From NCBI GenBank assembly GCA_964016885.1, contig OZ024744.1, forward strand, positions 47,988,001 through 48,052,000: DNA of 64,000 nucleotides, written 5' to 3'. The stretch is from Eledone cirrhosa (Eukaryota). Numbering within the stretch: position 1 is the stretch's first letter; every line of letters begins with the position of its first letter. The notes beneath the pieces were generated by a model that saw only the letters and a program-made list of their open reading frames with translations, had not been told where the DNA came from and did not search any database. Below, piece after piece: positions 1-16,300 of the stretch. The position numbers were made by a program, and so were the translations under genes.

Positions 1-3000
1 CAGAACACCAACCACATCAGATTAGACTATCCTGACCAGAACACCAACCACATTAGACTATCAAGAACAGAACTCCAACCACATTACACTATCAAGACCA
101 GAACTCCAACCACATCACATTAGACTATCAAGACCAGAACACCAACCACATCACATTAGACTATCAAGACCAGAACACCAACCACATTAGACTATCATGA
201 CCAGAACACCAACCACATTAGACTATCAAGACCATAACACCAACCACATCACATCAGACTATCAAGAGCAGAACACCAACCACATTAGACTATCAAGACC
301 AGAACACCAACCACATTAGACTATCAAGACCAGAACACCAACCACATTAGACTATCAAGACCAGAACACCAACCACATTAGACTATCAAGACCAGAACAC
401 CAACCACATTAGACTATCAAGACCAGAACACCAACCACATTAGACTATCAAGACCAGAACACCAACCACATTAGACTATCAAGACCAGAACACCAACCAC
501 ATTAGACTATCAAGACCAGAACACCAACCACATCACATAAGACTATCAAGACCAGAACATAAACCACATCACATTAGACTATCAAGACCAGAACACCAAC
601 CACATCACATTAGACTATCAAGACCAGAACACCAACCACATCACATTAGACTATCAAGACCTGAACACCAACCACATCACATTAGACTATCAAGACCAGA
701 ACACCAACAACATCACATTAGACTATCAAGACCAGAACACCAACCACATTAGACTATCAAGAACAGAACACCAACAACATTAGACTATCAAGACCATAAC
801 ACCAACCACATTAGACTATCAAGAACAGAACACCAACCACATTAGACTATCAAGACCAGAACACCAACAACAATAGACTATCAAGACCAGAACACCAACC
901 ACATTAGACTATCAAGAACAGAACACCAGCCACATTAGACTATCAAGACAAGAACACCAACCACATTAGAGTATCAAGAACAGAACACCAACCACATTAG
1001 CCTATCAAGAACAGAACACCAACCACATTAGACTATCAAGACCAGAACTCCAACCACATTAGACTATCAAAACCAGAACACCAACCACATCACATTAGAC
1101 TATCAAGACCAGAACACCAACCACATTAGACTATCAAGACAAGAACACCAACCACATTAGACTATCAAGAACAGAAGACCAACCACATTAGACTATCAAG
1201 AACAGAACACCAACCACATTAGACTATCAAGACCAGAACACCAACAACATCACATTAGCCTATCAAGAACACCAACCACATTAGACTATCAAGACCAGAA
1301 CACCAACCACATTAGACTATCAAGGCCAGAACACCAACCACATCACATTAGACTATCAATACCAGAACACCAACCACATTAGACTATCAAGACCAGAACA
1401 CCAACCACATCACATTAGAATATCAAGACCAGAACACCAACCACATCACATTAGACTATCAAGACCTGAACACCAACCACATCACATTAGACTATCAACA
1501 CCAGAACACCAACAACATCACATTAGACTATCAAGACCAGAACACCAACCACATTAGACTATCAAGAACATAACACCAGCAACATTAGACTATCAAGACC
1601 ATAACACCAACCACATTAGACTATCAAGAACAGAACACCAACCACATTAGACTATCAAGACCAGAACACCAACAACAATAGACTATCAAGACCAGAACAC
1701 CAACCACATTAGACTATCAAGAACAGAACACCAACCACATTAGACTATCAAGACCAGAACACCAACCACATTAGACTATCAAGAACAGAACACCAACCAC
1801 ATTAGACTATCAAGAACAGAACACCAACCACATTAGACTATCAAGACCAGAACAACAACCACATTAGACTATCAAGACCAGAACACCAACCACATCACAT
1901 TAGACTATCAAGACCAGAACACCAACCACATTAGACTATCGAGACCAGAACACCAACCACATCACATTAGACTATCAAGACCAGAACACCAACCACATCA
2001 CATTAGACTATCAAGACCTGAACACCAACCACATCACATTAGACTATCAAGACCATAACACCAACCACATTAGACTATCAAGAACAGAACACCAATCATA
2101 TTAGACTATCAAGACCAGAACACCAAAAACAATAGACTATCAAGACCAGAACACCAACCACATTAGACTATCAAGAACAGAACACCAACCACATTAGACT
2201 ATCAAGACCAGAACACCAACCACATTAGACTATCAAGAACAGAACACCAACCACATTAGACTATCAAGAACAGAACACCAACCACATTAGACTATCAAGC
2301 CCAGAACACCAACCACATCACATTAGCCTATCAAGAACAGAACACCAACCACATTAGACTATCAAGACCAGAACACCAACCACATTAGACTATCAAAACC
2401 AGAACACCAACCACATCACATTAGACTATCAAGACCAGAACACCAACCACATTAGACTATCAAGACCAGAACACCAACCACATCACATTAGAATATCCAG
2501 ACCAGAACACCAACCATATCACATTAGACTATCAAGACCTGAACACCAACCACATCACATTAGACTATCAAGACCAGAACACCAACAACATCACATTAGA
2601 CTATCAAGACCAGAACACCAACCACATTAGACTATCAAGAACATAACACCAACAACATTAGACTATCAAGAACATAACACCAACCACATTAGACTATCAA
2701 GAACAGAACACCAACCACATTAGACTATCAAGAACAGAACACCAACCACATTAGACTATCAAGACCAGAACACCAACAACATCACATTAGCCTATCAAGA
2801 ACAGAACACCAACCACATTAGACTATCAAGACCAGAACACCAACCACATTAGACTATCAAGACCAGAACACCAACCACATCACATTAGACTATCAAGACC
2901 AGAACACCAACCACATTAGACTATCAAGACCAGAACACCAACCACATCGCATTAGAATATCAAGACCAGAACACCAACCACATCACATTAGACTATCAAG

Positions 3001-6000
3001 ACCTGAACACCAACCACATCACATTAGACTATCAACACCAGAACACCAACAACATCACATTAGACTATCAAGACCAGAACACCAACCACATTAGACTATC
3101 AAGAGCATAACACCAGCAACATTAGACTATCAAGACCATAACACCAACCACATTAGACTATCAAGAACAGAACACCAACCACATTAGACTATCAAGACCA
3201 GAACACCAACAACAATAGACTATCAAGACCAGAACACCAACCACATTAGACTAACAAGAACAGAACACCAACCACATTAGACTATCAAGACCAGAACACC
3301 AACCACATTAGACTATCAAGAACAGAACACCAACCACATTAGACTATCAAGAACAGAACACCAACCACATTAGACTATCAAGACCAGAACAACAACCACA
3401 TTAGACTATCAAGACCAGAACACCCACCACATCACATTAGACTATCAAGACCAGAACACCAACCACATTAGACTATCAAGACCAGAACACCAACCACATC
3501 ACATTAGACTATCAAGACCAGAACACCAACCACATCACATTAGACTATCAAGACCTGAACACCAACCACATCACATTAGACTATCAAGACCAGAACACCA
3601 ACAACATCACATTAGACTATCAAGACCAGAACACCAACCACATTAGACTATCAAGAACAGAACACCAACAACATTAGACTATCAAGACCATACCACCAAC
3701 CACATTAGACTATCAAGAACAGAACACCAACCACATTAGACTATCAAGACCAGAACACCAACAACAATAGACTATCAAGACCAGAACACCAACCACATTA
3801 GACTATCAAGAACAGAACACCAACCACATTAGACTATCAAGACAAGAACACCAACCACATTAGACTATCAAGAACAGAACACCAACCACATTAGACTATC
3901 AAGAACAGAACACCAACCACATTAGACTATCAAGACCAGAACACCAACCACATCACATTAGCCTATCAAGAACAGAACACCAACCACATTAGACTATCAA
4001 GACCAGAACACCAACCACATTAGACTATCAAAACCAGAACACCAACCACATCACATTAGACTATCAAGACCAGAACACCAACCACATTAGACTATCAAGA
4101 CCAGAACACCAACCACATCACATTAGAATATCCAGACCAGAACACCAACCATATCACATTAGACTATCAAGACCTGAACACCAACCACATCACATTAGAC
4201 TATCAAGACCAGAACACCAACAACATCACATTAGAATATCAAGACCAGAACACCAACCACATTAGACTATCAAGAACATAACACCAACAACATTAGACTA
4301 TCAAGAACATAACACCAACCACATTAGACTATCAAGAACAGAACACCAACCACATTAGACTATCAAGAACAGAACACCAACCACATTAGACTATCAAGAC
4401 CAGAACACCAACAACATCACATTAGACTATCAAGAACAGAACACCAACCACATTAGACTATCAAGACCAGAACACCAACCACATTAGACTATCAAGACCA
4501 GAACACCAACCACATCACATTAGACTATCAAGACCAGAACACCAACCACATTAGACTATCAAGACCAGAACACCAACCACATCACATTAGAATATCAAGA
4601 CCAGAACACCAACCACATCACATTAGACTATCAAGACCTGAACACCAACCACATCACATTAGACTATCAACACCAGAACACCAACAACATCACATTAGAC
4701 CATCAAGACCAGAACACCAACCACATTAGACTATCAAGAACATAACACCAGCAACATTAGACTATCAAGACCATAACACCAACCACATTAGACTATCAAG
4801 AACAGAACACCAACCACATTAGACTATCAAGACCAGAACACCAACAACAATAGACTATCAAGACCAGAACACCAACCACATTAGACTATCAAGAACAGAA
4901 CACCAACCATATTAGACTATCAAGACCAGAACACCAACCACATTAGACTATCAAGAACAGAACACCAACCACATTAGACTATCAAGAACAGAACACCAAC
5001 CACATTAGACTATCAAGACCAGAACAACAACCACATTAGACTATCAAGACCAGAACACCAACCACATCACATTAGACTATCAAGACCAGAACACCAACCA
5101 CATTAGACTATCAAGACCAGAACACCAACCACATCACATTAGACTATCAAGACCAGAACACCAACCACATCACATTAGACTATCAAGACCTGAACACCAA
5201 CCACATCACATTAGACTATCAAGACCAGAACACCAACAACATCACATTAGACTATCAAGACCAGAACACCAACCACATTAGACTATCAAGAACAGAACAC
5301 CAACAACATTAGACTATCAAGACCATAACACCAACCACATTAGACTATCAAGAACAGAACACCAACCACATTAGACTATCAAGACCAGAACACCAACAAC
5401 AATAGACTATCAAGACCAGAACACCAACCACATTAGACTATCAAGAACAGAACACCAACCACATTAGACTATCAAGACCAGACCACCAACCACATTAGAC
5501 TATCAAGAACAGAATACCAACCACATTAGACTATCAAGAACAGAACACCAACCACATTAGACTATCAAGACCAGAACACCAACCACATCACATTAGCCTA
5601 TCAAGAACAGAACACCAACCACATTAGACTATCAAGACCAGAACACCAACCACATTAGACTATCAAAACCAGAACACCAACCACATCACATTAGACTATC
5701 AAGACCAGAACACCACCCACATTAGACTATCAAGACCAGAACACCAACCACATCACATTAGAATATCAAGACCAGAACACCAACCATATCACATTAGACT
5801 ATCAAGACCTGAACTCCAACCACATTAGACTATCAAGACCAGAACTCCAACCACATTAGACTATCAAGAGAAGAACACCAACCACATCACATTAGACTAT
5901 CAAGACCAGAACTCCAACCACATTAGACTATCAAGACCAGAACACCAACAACATTAGACTATCAACACCAGAACACCAACCACATTAGACTATCAAGACC

Positions 6001-9000
6001 AGAACTCCAACCACATTAGACTATCAAGACCAGAACACCAACCACATTAGACTATCAAGACCAGAACACCAACCACATCACATTTGACTATCAAGACCAG
6101 AACACCAACCACATCACATTAGACTATCAAGACCAGAAAACCAACCACATCACATTAGACTATCAAGACCAGAACACCAACAACATCACATTAGACTATC
6201 AAAACCAGAACACCAACCACATTAGACTATCAAGACCAGAACACCAACCACATCACATTAGACTATCAAGACCAGAACACCAACCACATTATACTATCAA
6301 GACCAGAACACCAACCACATTAGACTATCAAGACCAGAACACCAACCACATCACATTAGACTATCAAGACCAGAACACCAACCACATTAGACTATCAAGA
6401 CCAGAACACCAACCACATTAGACTATCAAGACCAGAACACCAACCACATTAGACTATCAAGACCAGAACACCAACCACATCACATTAGACTATCAAGACC
6501 AGAACACCAACCACATTAGACTATCAAGACCAGAACACCAACCACATTAGACTATCAAGACCAGAACACCAACCACATTAGACTATCAAGACCAGAACAC
6601 CAACCACATCACATTAGACTATCAAGACCAGAACACCAACCACATTAGACTATCAAGACCAGAACACCAACCACATTAGACTATCAAGACCAGAACACCA
6701 ACCACATCACATTAGACTATCAAGACCAGAACACCAACCACATTAGACTATCAAGACCAGAACACCAACCACATTAGACTATCAAGACCATAACACCAAC
6801 CACATCACATCAGACTATCAAGAGCAGAACACCAACCACATTAGACTATCAAGACCAGAACACCAACCACATTAGACAATCAAGAACAGAACTCCAACCA
6901 CATTACAATATCAAGACCAGAACACCAACCACATCACATTAGACTATCAAGACCAGAACACCAACCACATCACATTAGACTATCAAGACCAGAACACCAA
7001 CCACATTAGACTATCATGACCAGAACACCAACCACATTAGACTATCAAGACCATAACACCAACCACATCACATCAGACTATCAAGAGCAGAACACCAACC
7101 ACATCACATTAGACTATCAAGACCAGAACACCAACCACATCACATTAGACTATCAAGACCAGAACACCAACCACATCACATTAGACTATCAAGACCTGAA
7201 CACCAACCACATCACATTAGACTATCAAGACCTGAACACCAACCACATTAGACTATCAAGACCAGAACACCAACCACATTAGACTATCAAGACCAGAACA
7301 CCAACCACATTAGACTATCAAGACCAGAACACCAACCACATTAGACTATCAAGACCAGAACACCAACCACATTAGACTATCAGGACCAGAACACCAACCA
7401 CATCACATAAGACTATCAAGACCAGAACATAAACCACATCACATTAGACTATCAAGACCAGAACACCAACCACATCACATTAGACTATCAAGACCAGAAC
7501 ACCAACCACATCACATTAGACTATCAAGACCTGAACACCAACCACATCACATTAGACTATCAAGACCAGAACACCAACAACATCACATTAGACTATCAAG
7601 ACCAGAACACCAACCACATTAGACTATCAAGAACAGAACACCAACAACATTAGACTATCAAGACCATAACACCAACCACATTAGACTATCAAGAACAGAA
7701 CACCAACCACATTAGACTATCAAGACCAGAACACCAACAACAATAGACTATCAAGACCAGAACACCAACCACATTAGACTATCAAGAACAGAACACCAAC
7801 CACATTAGACTATCAAGACAAGAACACCAACCACATTAGACTATCAAGAACAGAACACCAACCACATTAGACTATCAAGAACAGAACACCAACCACATTA
7901 GACTATCAAGACCAGAACACCAACCACATCACATTAGCCTATCAAGAACAGAACACCAACCACATTAGACTATCAAGACCAGAACACCAACCACATTAGA
8001 CTATCAAAACCAGAACACCAACCACATCACATTAGACTATCAAGACCAGAACACCAACCACATTAGACTATCAAGACCAGAACACCAACCACATCACATT
8101 AGAATATCCAGACCAGAACACCAACCATATCACATTAGACTATCAAGACCTGAACACCAACAACATCACATTAGACTATCAAGACCAGAACACCAACAAC
8201 ATCACATTAGACTATCAAGACCAGAACACCAACCACATTAGACTATCAAGAACATAACACCAACAACATTAGACTATCAAGAACATAACACCAACCACAT
8301 TAGACTATCAAGAACAGAACACCAACCACATTAGACTATCAAGAACAGAATACCAACCACATTAGACTATCAAGACCAGAACACCAACAACATCACATTA
8401 GCCTATCAAGAACAGAACACCAACCACATTAGACTATCAAGACCAGAACACCAACCACATTAGACTATCAAGACCAGAACACCAACCACATCACATTAGA
8501 CTATCAAGACCAGAACACCAACCACATTAGACTATCAAGACCAGAACACCAACCACATCACATTAGAATATCAAGACCAGAACACCAATCACATCACATT
8601 AGACTATCAAGACCTGAACACCAACCACATCACATTAGACTATCAACACCAGAACACCAACAACATCACATTAGACTATCAAGACCAGAACACCAACCAC
8701 ATTAGACTATCAAGAACATAACACCAGCAACATTAGACTATCAAGACCATAACACCAACCACATTAGACTATCAAGAACAGAACACCAACCACATTAGAC
8801 TATCAAGACCAGAACACCAACAACAATAGACTATCAAGACCCGAACACCAACCACATTAGACTATCAAGAACAGAACACCAACCATATTAGACTATCAAG
8901 ACCAGAACACCAACCACATTAGACTATCAAGAACAGAACACCAACCACATTAGACTATCAAGAACAGAACACCAACCACATTAGACTATCAAGACCAGAA

Positions 9001-10300
9001 CAACAACCACATTAGACTATCAAGACCAGAACACCAACCACATCACATTAGACTATCAAGACCAGAACACCAACCACATTAGACTATCAAGACCAGAACA
9101 CCAGCCACATCACATTAGACTATCAAGACCAGAACACCAACCACATCACATTAGACTATCAAGACCTGAACACCAACCACATCACATTAGACTATCAAGA
9201 CCAGAACACCAACAACATCACATTAGACTATCAAGACCAGAACACCAACCACATTAGACTATCAAGAACAGAACACCAACAACATTAGACTATCAAGACC
9301 ATAACACCAACCACATTAGACTATCAAGAACAGAACACCAACCACATTAGACTATCAAGACCAGAACACCAACAACAATAGACTATCAAGACCAGAACAC
9401 CAACCACATTAGACTATCAAGAACAGAACACCAACCACATTAGACTATCAAGACCAGACCACCAACCACATTAGACTATCAAGAACAGAATACCAACCAC
9501 ATTAGACTATCAAGAACAGAACACCAACCACATTAGACTATCAAGACCAGAACACCAACCACATCACATTAGCCTATCAAGAACAGAACACCAACCACAT
9601 TAGACTATCAAGACCAGAACACCAACCACATTAGACTATCAAAACCAGAACACCAACCACATCACATTAGACTATCAAGACCAGAACACCACCCACATTA
9701 GACTATCAAGACCAGAACACCAACCACATCACATTAGAATATCAAGACCAGAACACCAACCATATCACATTAGACTATCAAGACCTGAATACCAACCACA
9801 TCACATTAGACTATCAAGACCAGAACACCAACAACATCACATTAGACTATCAAGACCAGAACACAAACCACATTAGACTATCAAGAACATAACACCAACA
9901 ACATTAGACTATCAAGACCATAACACCCACCACATTAGACTATCAAGAACAGAATACCAACCACATTAGACTATCAAGACCAGAACACCAACAACAATAG
10001 ACTATCAAGACCAGAACACCAACCACATTAGACTATCAAGAACAGAACACCAACCACATTAGACTATCAAGACCAGAACACCAACCACATTAGACTATCA
10101 AGAACAGAACACCAACCACACTAGACTATCAAGAACAGAACACCAACCACATTAGTCTATCAAGACCAGAACACCAACCACATCACATTAGCCTATCAAG
10201 AACAGAACACCAACCACATTAGACTATCAAGACCAGAACACCAACCACATTAGACTATCAAGACAAGAACACCAACCACATCACATTAGACTATCAAGAC
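1..10300 (+). repeat. Large higher-order block, copy A (~10.3 kb)
   Basis: The rare marker CATCAGATTAGACTATCCTGAC has its CCTGA at 31 and again at 10331. The GAGTATC variant at 971 recurs at 11271 (offset 10300). Confidence 0.85.
3004..4638 (+). repeat. Representative 1635-bp HOR unit (50 monomers: 33 x 31 bp + 17 x 36 bp) made of 552-, 619- and 464-bp subunits
   Basis: The G of the CCAGCAAC marker lies at 3116/4751, 12183/13818 and 23592/25227/26862, each spaced 1635. The T of GACCTGAAC lies at 3004, 3556, 4175 and 4639. Confidence 0.85.
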
Positions 10301-13300
10301 CAGAACACCAACCACATCAGATTAGACTATCCTGACCAGAACACCAACCACATTAGACTATCAAGAACAGAACTCCAACCACATTACACTATCAAGACCA
10401 GAACTCCAACCACATCACATTAGACTATCAAGACCAGAACACCAACCACATCACATTAGACTATCAAGACCAGAACACCAACCACATTAGACTATCATGA
10501 CCAGAACACCAACCACATTAGACTATCAAGACCATAACACCAACCACATCACATCAGACTATCAAGAGCAGAACACCAACCACATTAGACTATCAAGACC
10601 AGAACACCAACCACATTAGACTATCAAGACCAGAACACCAACCACATTAGACTATCAAGACCAGAACACCAACCACATTAGACTATCAAGACCAGAACAC
10701 CAACCACATTAGACTATCAAGACCAGAACACCAACCACATTAGACTATCAAGACCAGAACACCAACCACATTAGACTATCAAGACCAGAACACCAACCAC
10801 ATTAGACTATCAAGACCAGAACACCAACCACATCACATAAGACTATCAAGACCAGAACATAAACCACATCACATTAGACTATCAAGACCAGAACACCAAC
10901 CACATCACATTAGACTATCAAGACCAGAACACCAACCACATCACATTAGACTATCAAGACCTGAACACCAACCACATCACATTAGACTATCAAGACCAGA
11001 ACACCAACAACATCACATTAGACTATCAATACCAGAACACCAACCACATTAGACTATCAAGAACAGAACACCAACAACATTAGACTATCAAGACCATAAC
11101 ACCAACCACAGTAGACTATCAAGAACAGAACACCAACCACATTAGACTATCAAGACCAGAACACCAACAACAATAGACTATCAAGACCAGAACACCAACC
11201 ACATTAGACTATCAAGAACAGAACACCAACCACATTAGACTATCAAGACAAGAACACCAACCACATTAGAGTATCAAGAACAGAACACCAACCACATTAG
11301 ACTATCAAGAACAGAACACCAACCACATTAGACTATCAAGACCAGAACACCAACCACATCACATTAGCCTATCAAGAACAGAACACCAACCACATTAGAC
11401 TATCAAGACCAGAACTCCAACCACATTAGACTATCAAAACCAGAACACCAACCACATCACATTAGACTATCAAGACCAGAACACCAACCACATTAGACTA
11501 TCAAGACCAGAACACCAACCACATCACATTAGAATATCCAGACCAGAACACCAACCATATCACATTAGACTATCAAGATCTGAACACCAACCACATCACA
11601 TTAGAATACCAAGACCAGAACACCAACAACATCACATTAGACTATCAAGACCAGAACACCAACCACATTAGACTATCAAGAACATAACACCAACAACATT
11701 AGACTATCAAGACCAGAACACCAACAACATTAGACTATCAAGACCAGAACACCAACCACATTAGACTATCAAGAACAGAAGACCAACCACATTAGACTAT
11801 CAAGAACAGAACACCAACCACATTAGACTATCAAGACCAGAACACCAACAACATCACATTAGCCTATCAAGAACACCAACCACATTAGACTATCAAGACC
11901 AGAACACCAACCACATTAGACTATCAAGACCAGAACACCAACCACATCACATTAGACTATCAAGACCAGAACACCAACCACATTAGACTATCAAGACCAG
12001 AACACCAACCACATCACATTAGAATATCAAGACCAGAACACCAACCACATCACATTAGACTATCAAGACCTCAACACCAACCACATCACATTAGACTATC
12101 AACACCAGAACACCAACAACATCACATTAGACTATCAAGACCAGAACACCAACCACATTAGACTATCAAGAGCATAACACCAGCAACATTAGACTATCAA
12201 GACCATAACACCAACCACATTAGACTATCAAGAACAGAACACCAACCACATTAGACTATCAAGACCAGAACACCAACAACAATAGACTATCAAGACCAGA
12301 ACACCAACCACATTAGACTAACAAGAACAGAACACCAACCACATTAGACTATCAAGACCAGAACACCAACCACATTAGACTATCAAGAACAGAACACCAA
12401 CCACATTAGACTATCAAGAACAGAACACCAACCACATTAGACTATCAAGACCAGAACAACAACCACATTAGACTATCAAGACCAGAACACCCACCACATC
12501 ACATTAGACTATCAAGACCAGAACACCAACCACATTAGACTATCAAGACCAGAACACCAACCACATCACATTAGACTATCAAGACCAGAACACCAACCAC
12601 ATCACATTAGACTATCAAGACCTGAACACCAACCACATCACATTAGACTATCAAGACCAGAACACCAACAACATCACATTAGACTATCAAGACCAGAACA
12701 CCAACCACATTAGACTATCAAGAACAGAACACCAACAACATTAGACTATCAAGACCATACCACCAACCACATTAGACTATCAAGAACAGAACACCAACCA
12801 CATTAGACTATCAAGACCAGAACACCAACAACAATAGACTATCAAGACCAGAACACCAACCACATTAGACTATCAAGAACAGAACACCAACCACATTAGA
12901 CTATCAAGACAAGAACACCAACCACATTAAACTATCAAGAACAGAACACCAACCACATTAGACTATCAAGAACAGAACACCAACCACATTAGACTATCAA
13001 GACCAGAACACCAACCACATCACATTAGCCTATCAAGAACAGAACACCAACCACATTAGACTATCAAGACCAGAACACCAACCACATTAGACTATCAAAA
13101 CCAGAACACCAACCACATCACATTAGACTATCAAGACCAGAACACCAACCACATTAGACTATCAAGACCAGAACACCAACCACATCACATTAGAATATCC
13201 AGACCAGAACACCAACCATATCACATTAGACTATCAAGACCTGAACACCAACCACATCACATTAGACTATCAAGACCAGAACACCAACAACATCACATTA

Positions 13301-16300
13301 GAATATCAAGACCAGAACACCAACCACATTAGACTATCAAGAACATAACACCAACAACATTAGACTATCAAGAACATAACACCAACCACATTAGACTATC
13401 AAGAACAGAACACCAACCACATTAGACTATCAAGAACAGAACACCAACCACATTAGACTATCAAGACCAGAACACCAACAACATCACATTAGACTATCAA
13501 GAACAGAACACCAACCACATTAGACTATCAAGACCAGAACACCAACCACATTAGACTATCAAGACCAGAACACCAACCACATCACATTAGACTATCAAGA
13601 CCAGAACACCAACCACATTAGACTATCAAGACCAGAACACCAACCACATCACATTAGAATATCAAGACCAGAACACCAACCACATCACATTAGACTATCA
13701 AGACCTGAACACCAACCACATCACATTAGACTATCAACACCAGAACACCAACAACATCACATTAGACTATCAAGACCAGAACACCAACCACATTAGACTA
13801 TCAAGAACATAACACCAGCAACATTAGACTATCAAGACCATAACACCAACCACATTAGACTATCAAGAACAGAACACCAACCACATTAGACTATCAAGAC
13901 CAGAACACCAACAACAATAGACTATCAAGACCAGAACACCAACCACATTAGACTATCAAGAACAGAACACCAACCATATTAGACTATCAAGACCAGAACA
14001 CCAACCACATTAGACTATCAAGAACAGAACACCAACCACATTAGACTATCAAGAACAGAACACCAACCACATTAGACTATCAAGACCAGAACAACAACCA
14101 CATTAGACTATCAAGACCAGAACACCAACCACATCACATTAGACTATCAAGACCAGAACACCAACCACATTAGACTATCAAGACCAGAACACCAACCACA
14201 TCACATTAGACTATCAAAACCAGAACACCAACCACATCACATTAGACTATCAAGACCTGAACACCAACCACATCACATTAGACTATCAAGACCAGAACAC
14301 CAACAACATCACATTAGACTATCAAGACCAGAACACCAACCACATTAGACTATCAAGAACAGAACACCAACAACATTAGACTATCAAGACCATAACACCA
14401 ACCACATTAGACTATCAAGAACAGAACACCAACCACATTAGACTATCAAGACCAGAACACCAACAACAATAGACTATCAAGACCAGAACACCAACCACAT
14501 TAGACTATCAAGAACAGAACACCAACCACATTAGACTATCAAGACCAGACCACCAACCACATTAGACTATCAAGAACAGAATACCAACCACATTAGACTA
14601 TCAAGAACAGAACACCAACCACATTAGACTATCAAGACCAGAACACCAACCACATCACATTAGCCTATCAAGAACAGAACACCAACCACATTAGACTATC
14701 AAGACCAGAACACCAACCACATTAGACTATCAAAACCAGAACACCAACCACATCACATTAGACTATCAAGACCAGAACACCACCCACATTAGACTATCAA
14801 GACCAGAACACCAACCACATCACATTAGAATATCAAGACCAGAACACCAACCATATCACATTAGACTATCAAGACCTGAACTCCAACCACATTAGACTAT
14901 CAAGACCAGAACTCCAACCACATTAGACTATCAAGACCAGAACACCAACCACATTAGACTATCAAGACCAGAACACCAACCACATCACATTTGACTATCA
15001 AGACCAGAACACCAACCACATCACATTAGACTATCAAGACCAGAAAACCAACCACATCACATTAGACTATCAAGACCAGAACACCAACCACATCACATTA
15101 GTCTATCAAAACCAGAACACCAACCACATTAGACTATCAAGACCAGAACACCAACCACATCACATTAGACTATCAAGACCAGAACACCAACCACATTACA
15201 CTATCAAGACCAGAACACCAACCACATTAGACTATCAAGACCAGAACACCAACCACATCACATTAGACTATCAAGACCAGAACACCAACCACATTAGACT
15301 ATCAAGACCAGAACACCAACCACATTAGACTATCAAGACCAGAACACCAACCACATTAGACTATCAAGACCAGAACACCAACCACATCACATTAGACTAT
15401 CAAGACCAGAACACCAACCACATTAGACTATCAAGACCAGAACACCAACCACATTAGACTATCAAGACCAGAACACCAACCACATTAGACTATCAAGACC
15501 AGAACACCAACCACATCACATTAGACTATCAAGACCAGAACACCAACCACATTAGACTATCAAGACCAGAACACCAACCACATTAGACTATCAAGACCAG
15601 AACACCAACCACATCACATTAGACTATCAAGACCAGAACACCAACCACATTAGACTATCAAGACCAGAACACCAACCATATCACATTAGACTATCAAGAC
15701 CTGAACTCCAACCACATTAGACTATCAAGACCAGAACTCCAACCACATTAGACTATCAAGAGAAGAACACCAACCACATCACATTAGACTATCAAGACCA
15801 GAACTCCAACCACATTAGACTATCAAGACCAGAACACCAACCACATTAGACTATCAAGACCAGAACTCCAACCACATTAGACTATCAAGACCAGAACACC
15901 AACCACATTAGACTATCAAGACCAGAACACCAACCACATCACATTTGACTATCAAGACCAGAACACCAACCACATCACATTAGACTATCAAGACCAGAAA
16001 ACCAACCACATCACATTAGACTATCAAGACCAGAACACCAACCACATCACATTAGTCTATCAAAACCAGAACACCAACCACATTAGACTATCAAGACCAG
16101 AACACCAACCACATCACATTAGACTATCAAGACCAGAACACCAACCACATTATACTATCAAGACCAGAACACCAACCACATTAGACTATCAAGACCAGAA
16201 CACCAACCACATCACATTAGACTATCAAGACCAGAACACCAACCACATTAGACTATCAAGACCAGAACACCAACCACATTAGACTATCAAGACCAGAACA

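Noticed and set aside
7016-7282. 88-aa ORF with NTNHITLDYQDQ repeats
   Set aside because: It is the translation of consecutive 36-mers (12 codons each), started by the CATGAC point variant. Each 31-mer shifts the frame so that the TAG in TTAGAC soon terminates it. There is no unique flanking sequence, and paralogous copies lack the extended frame.
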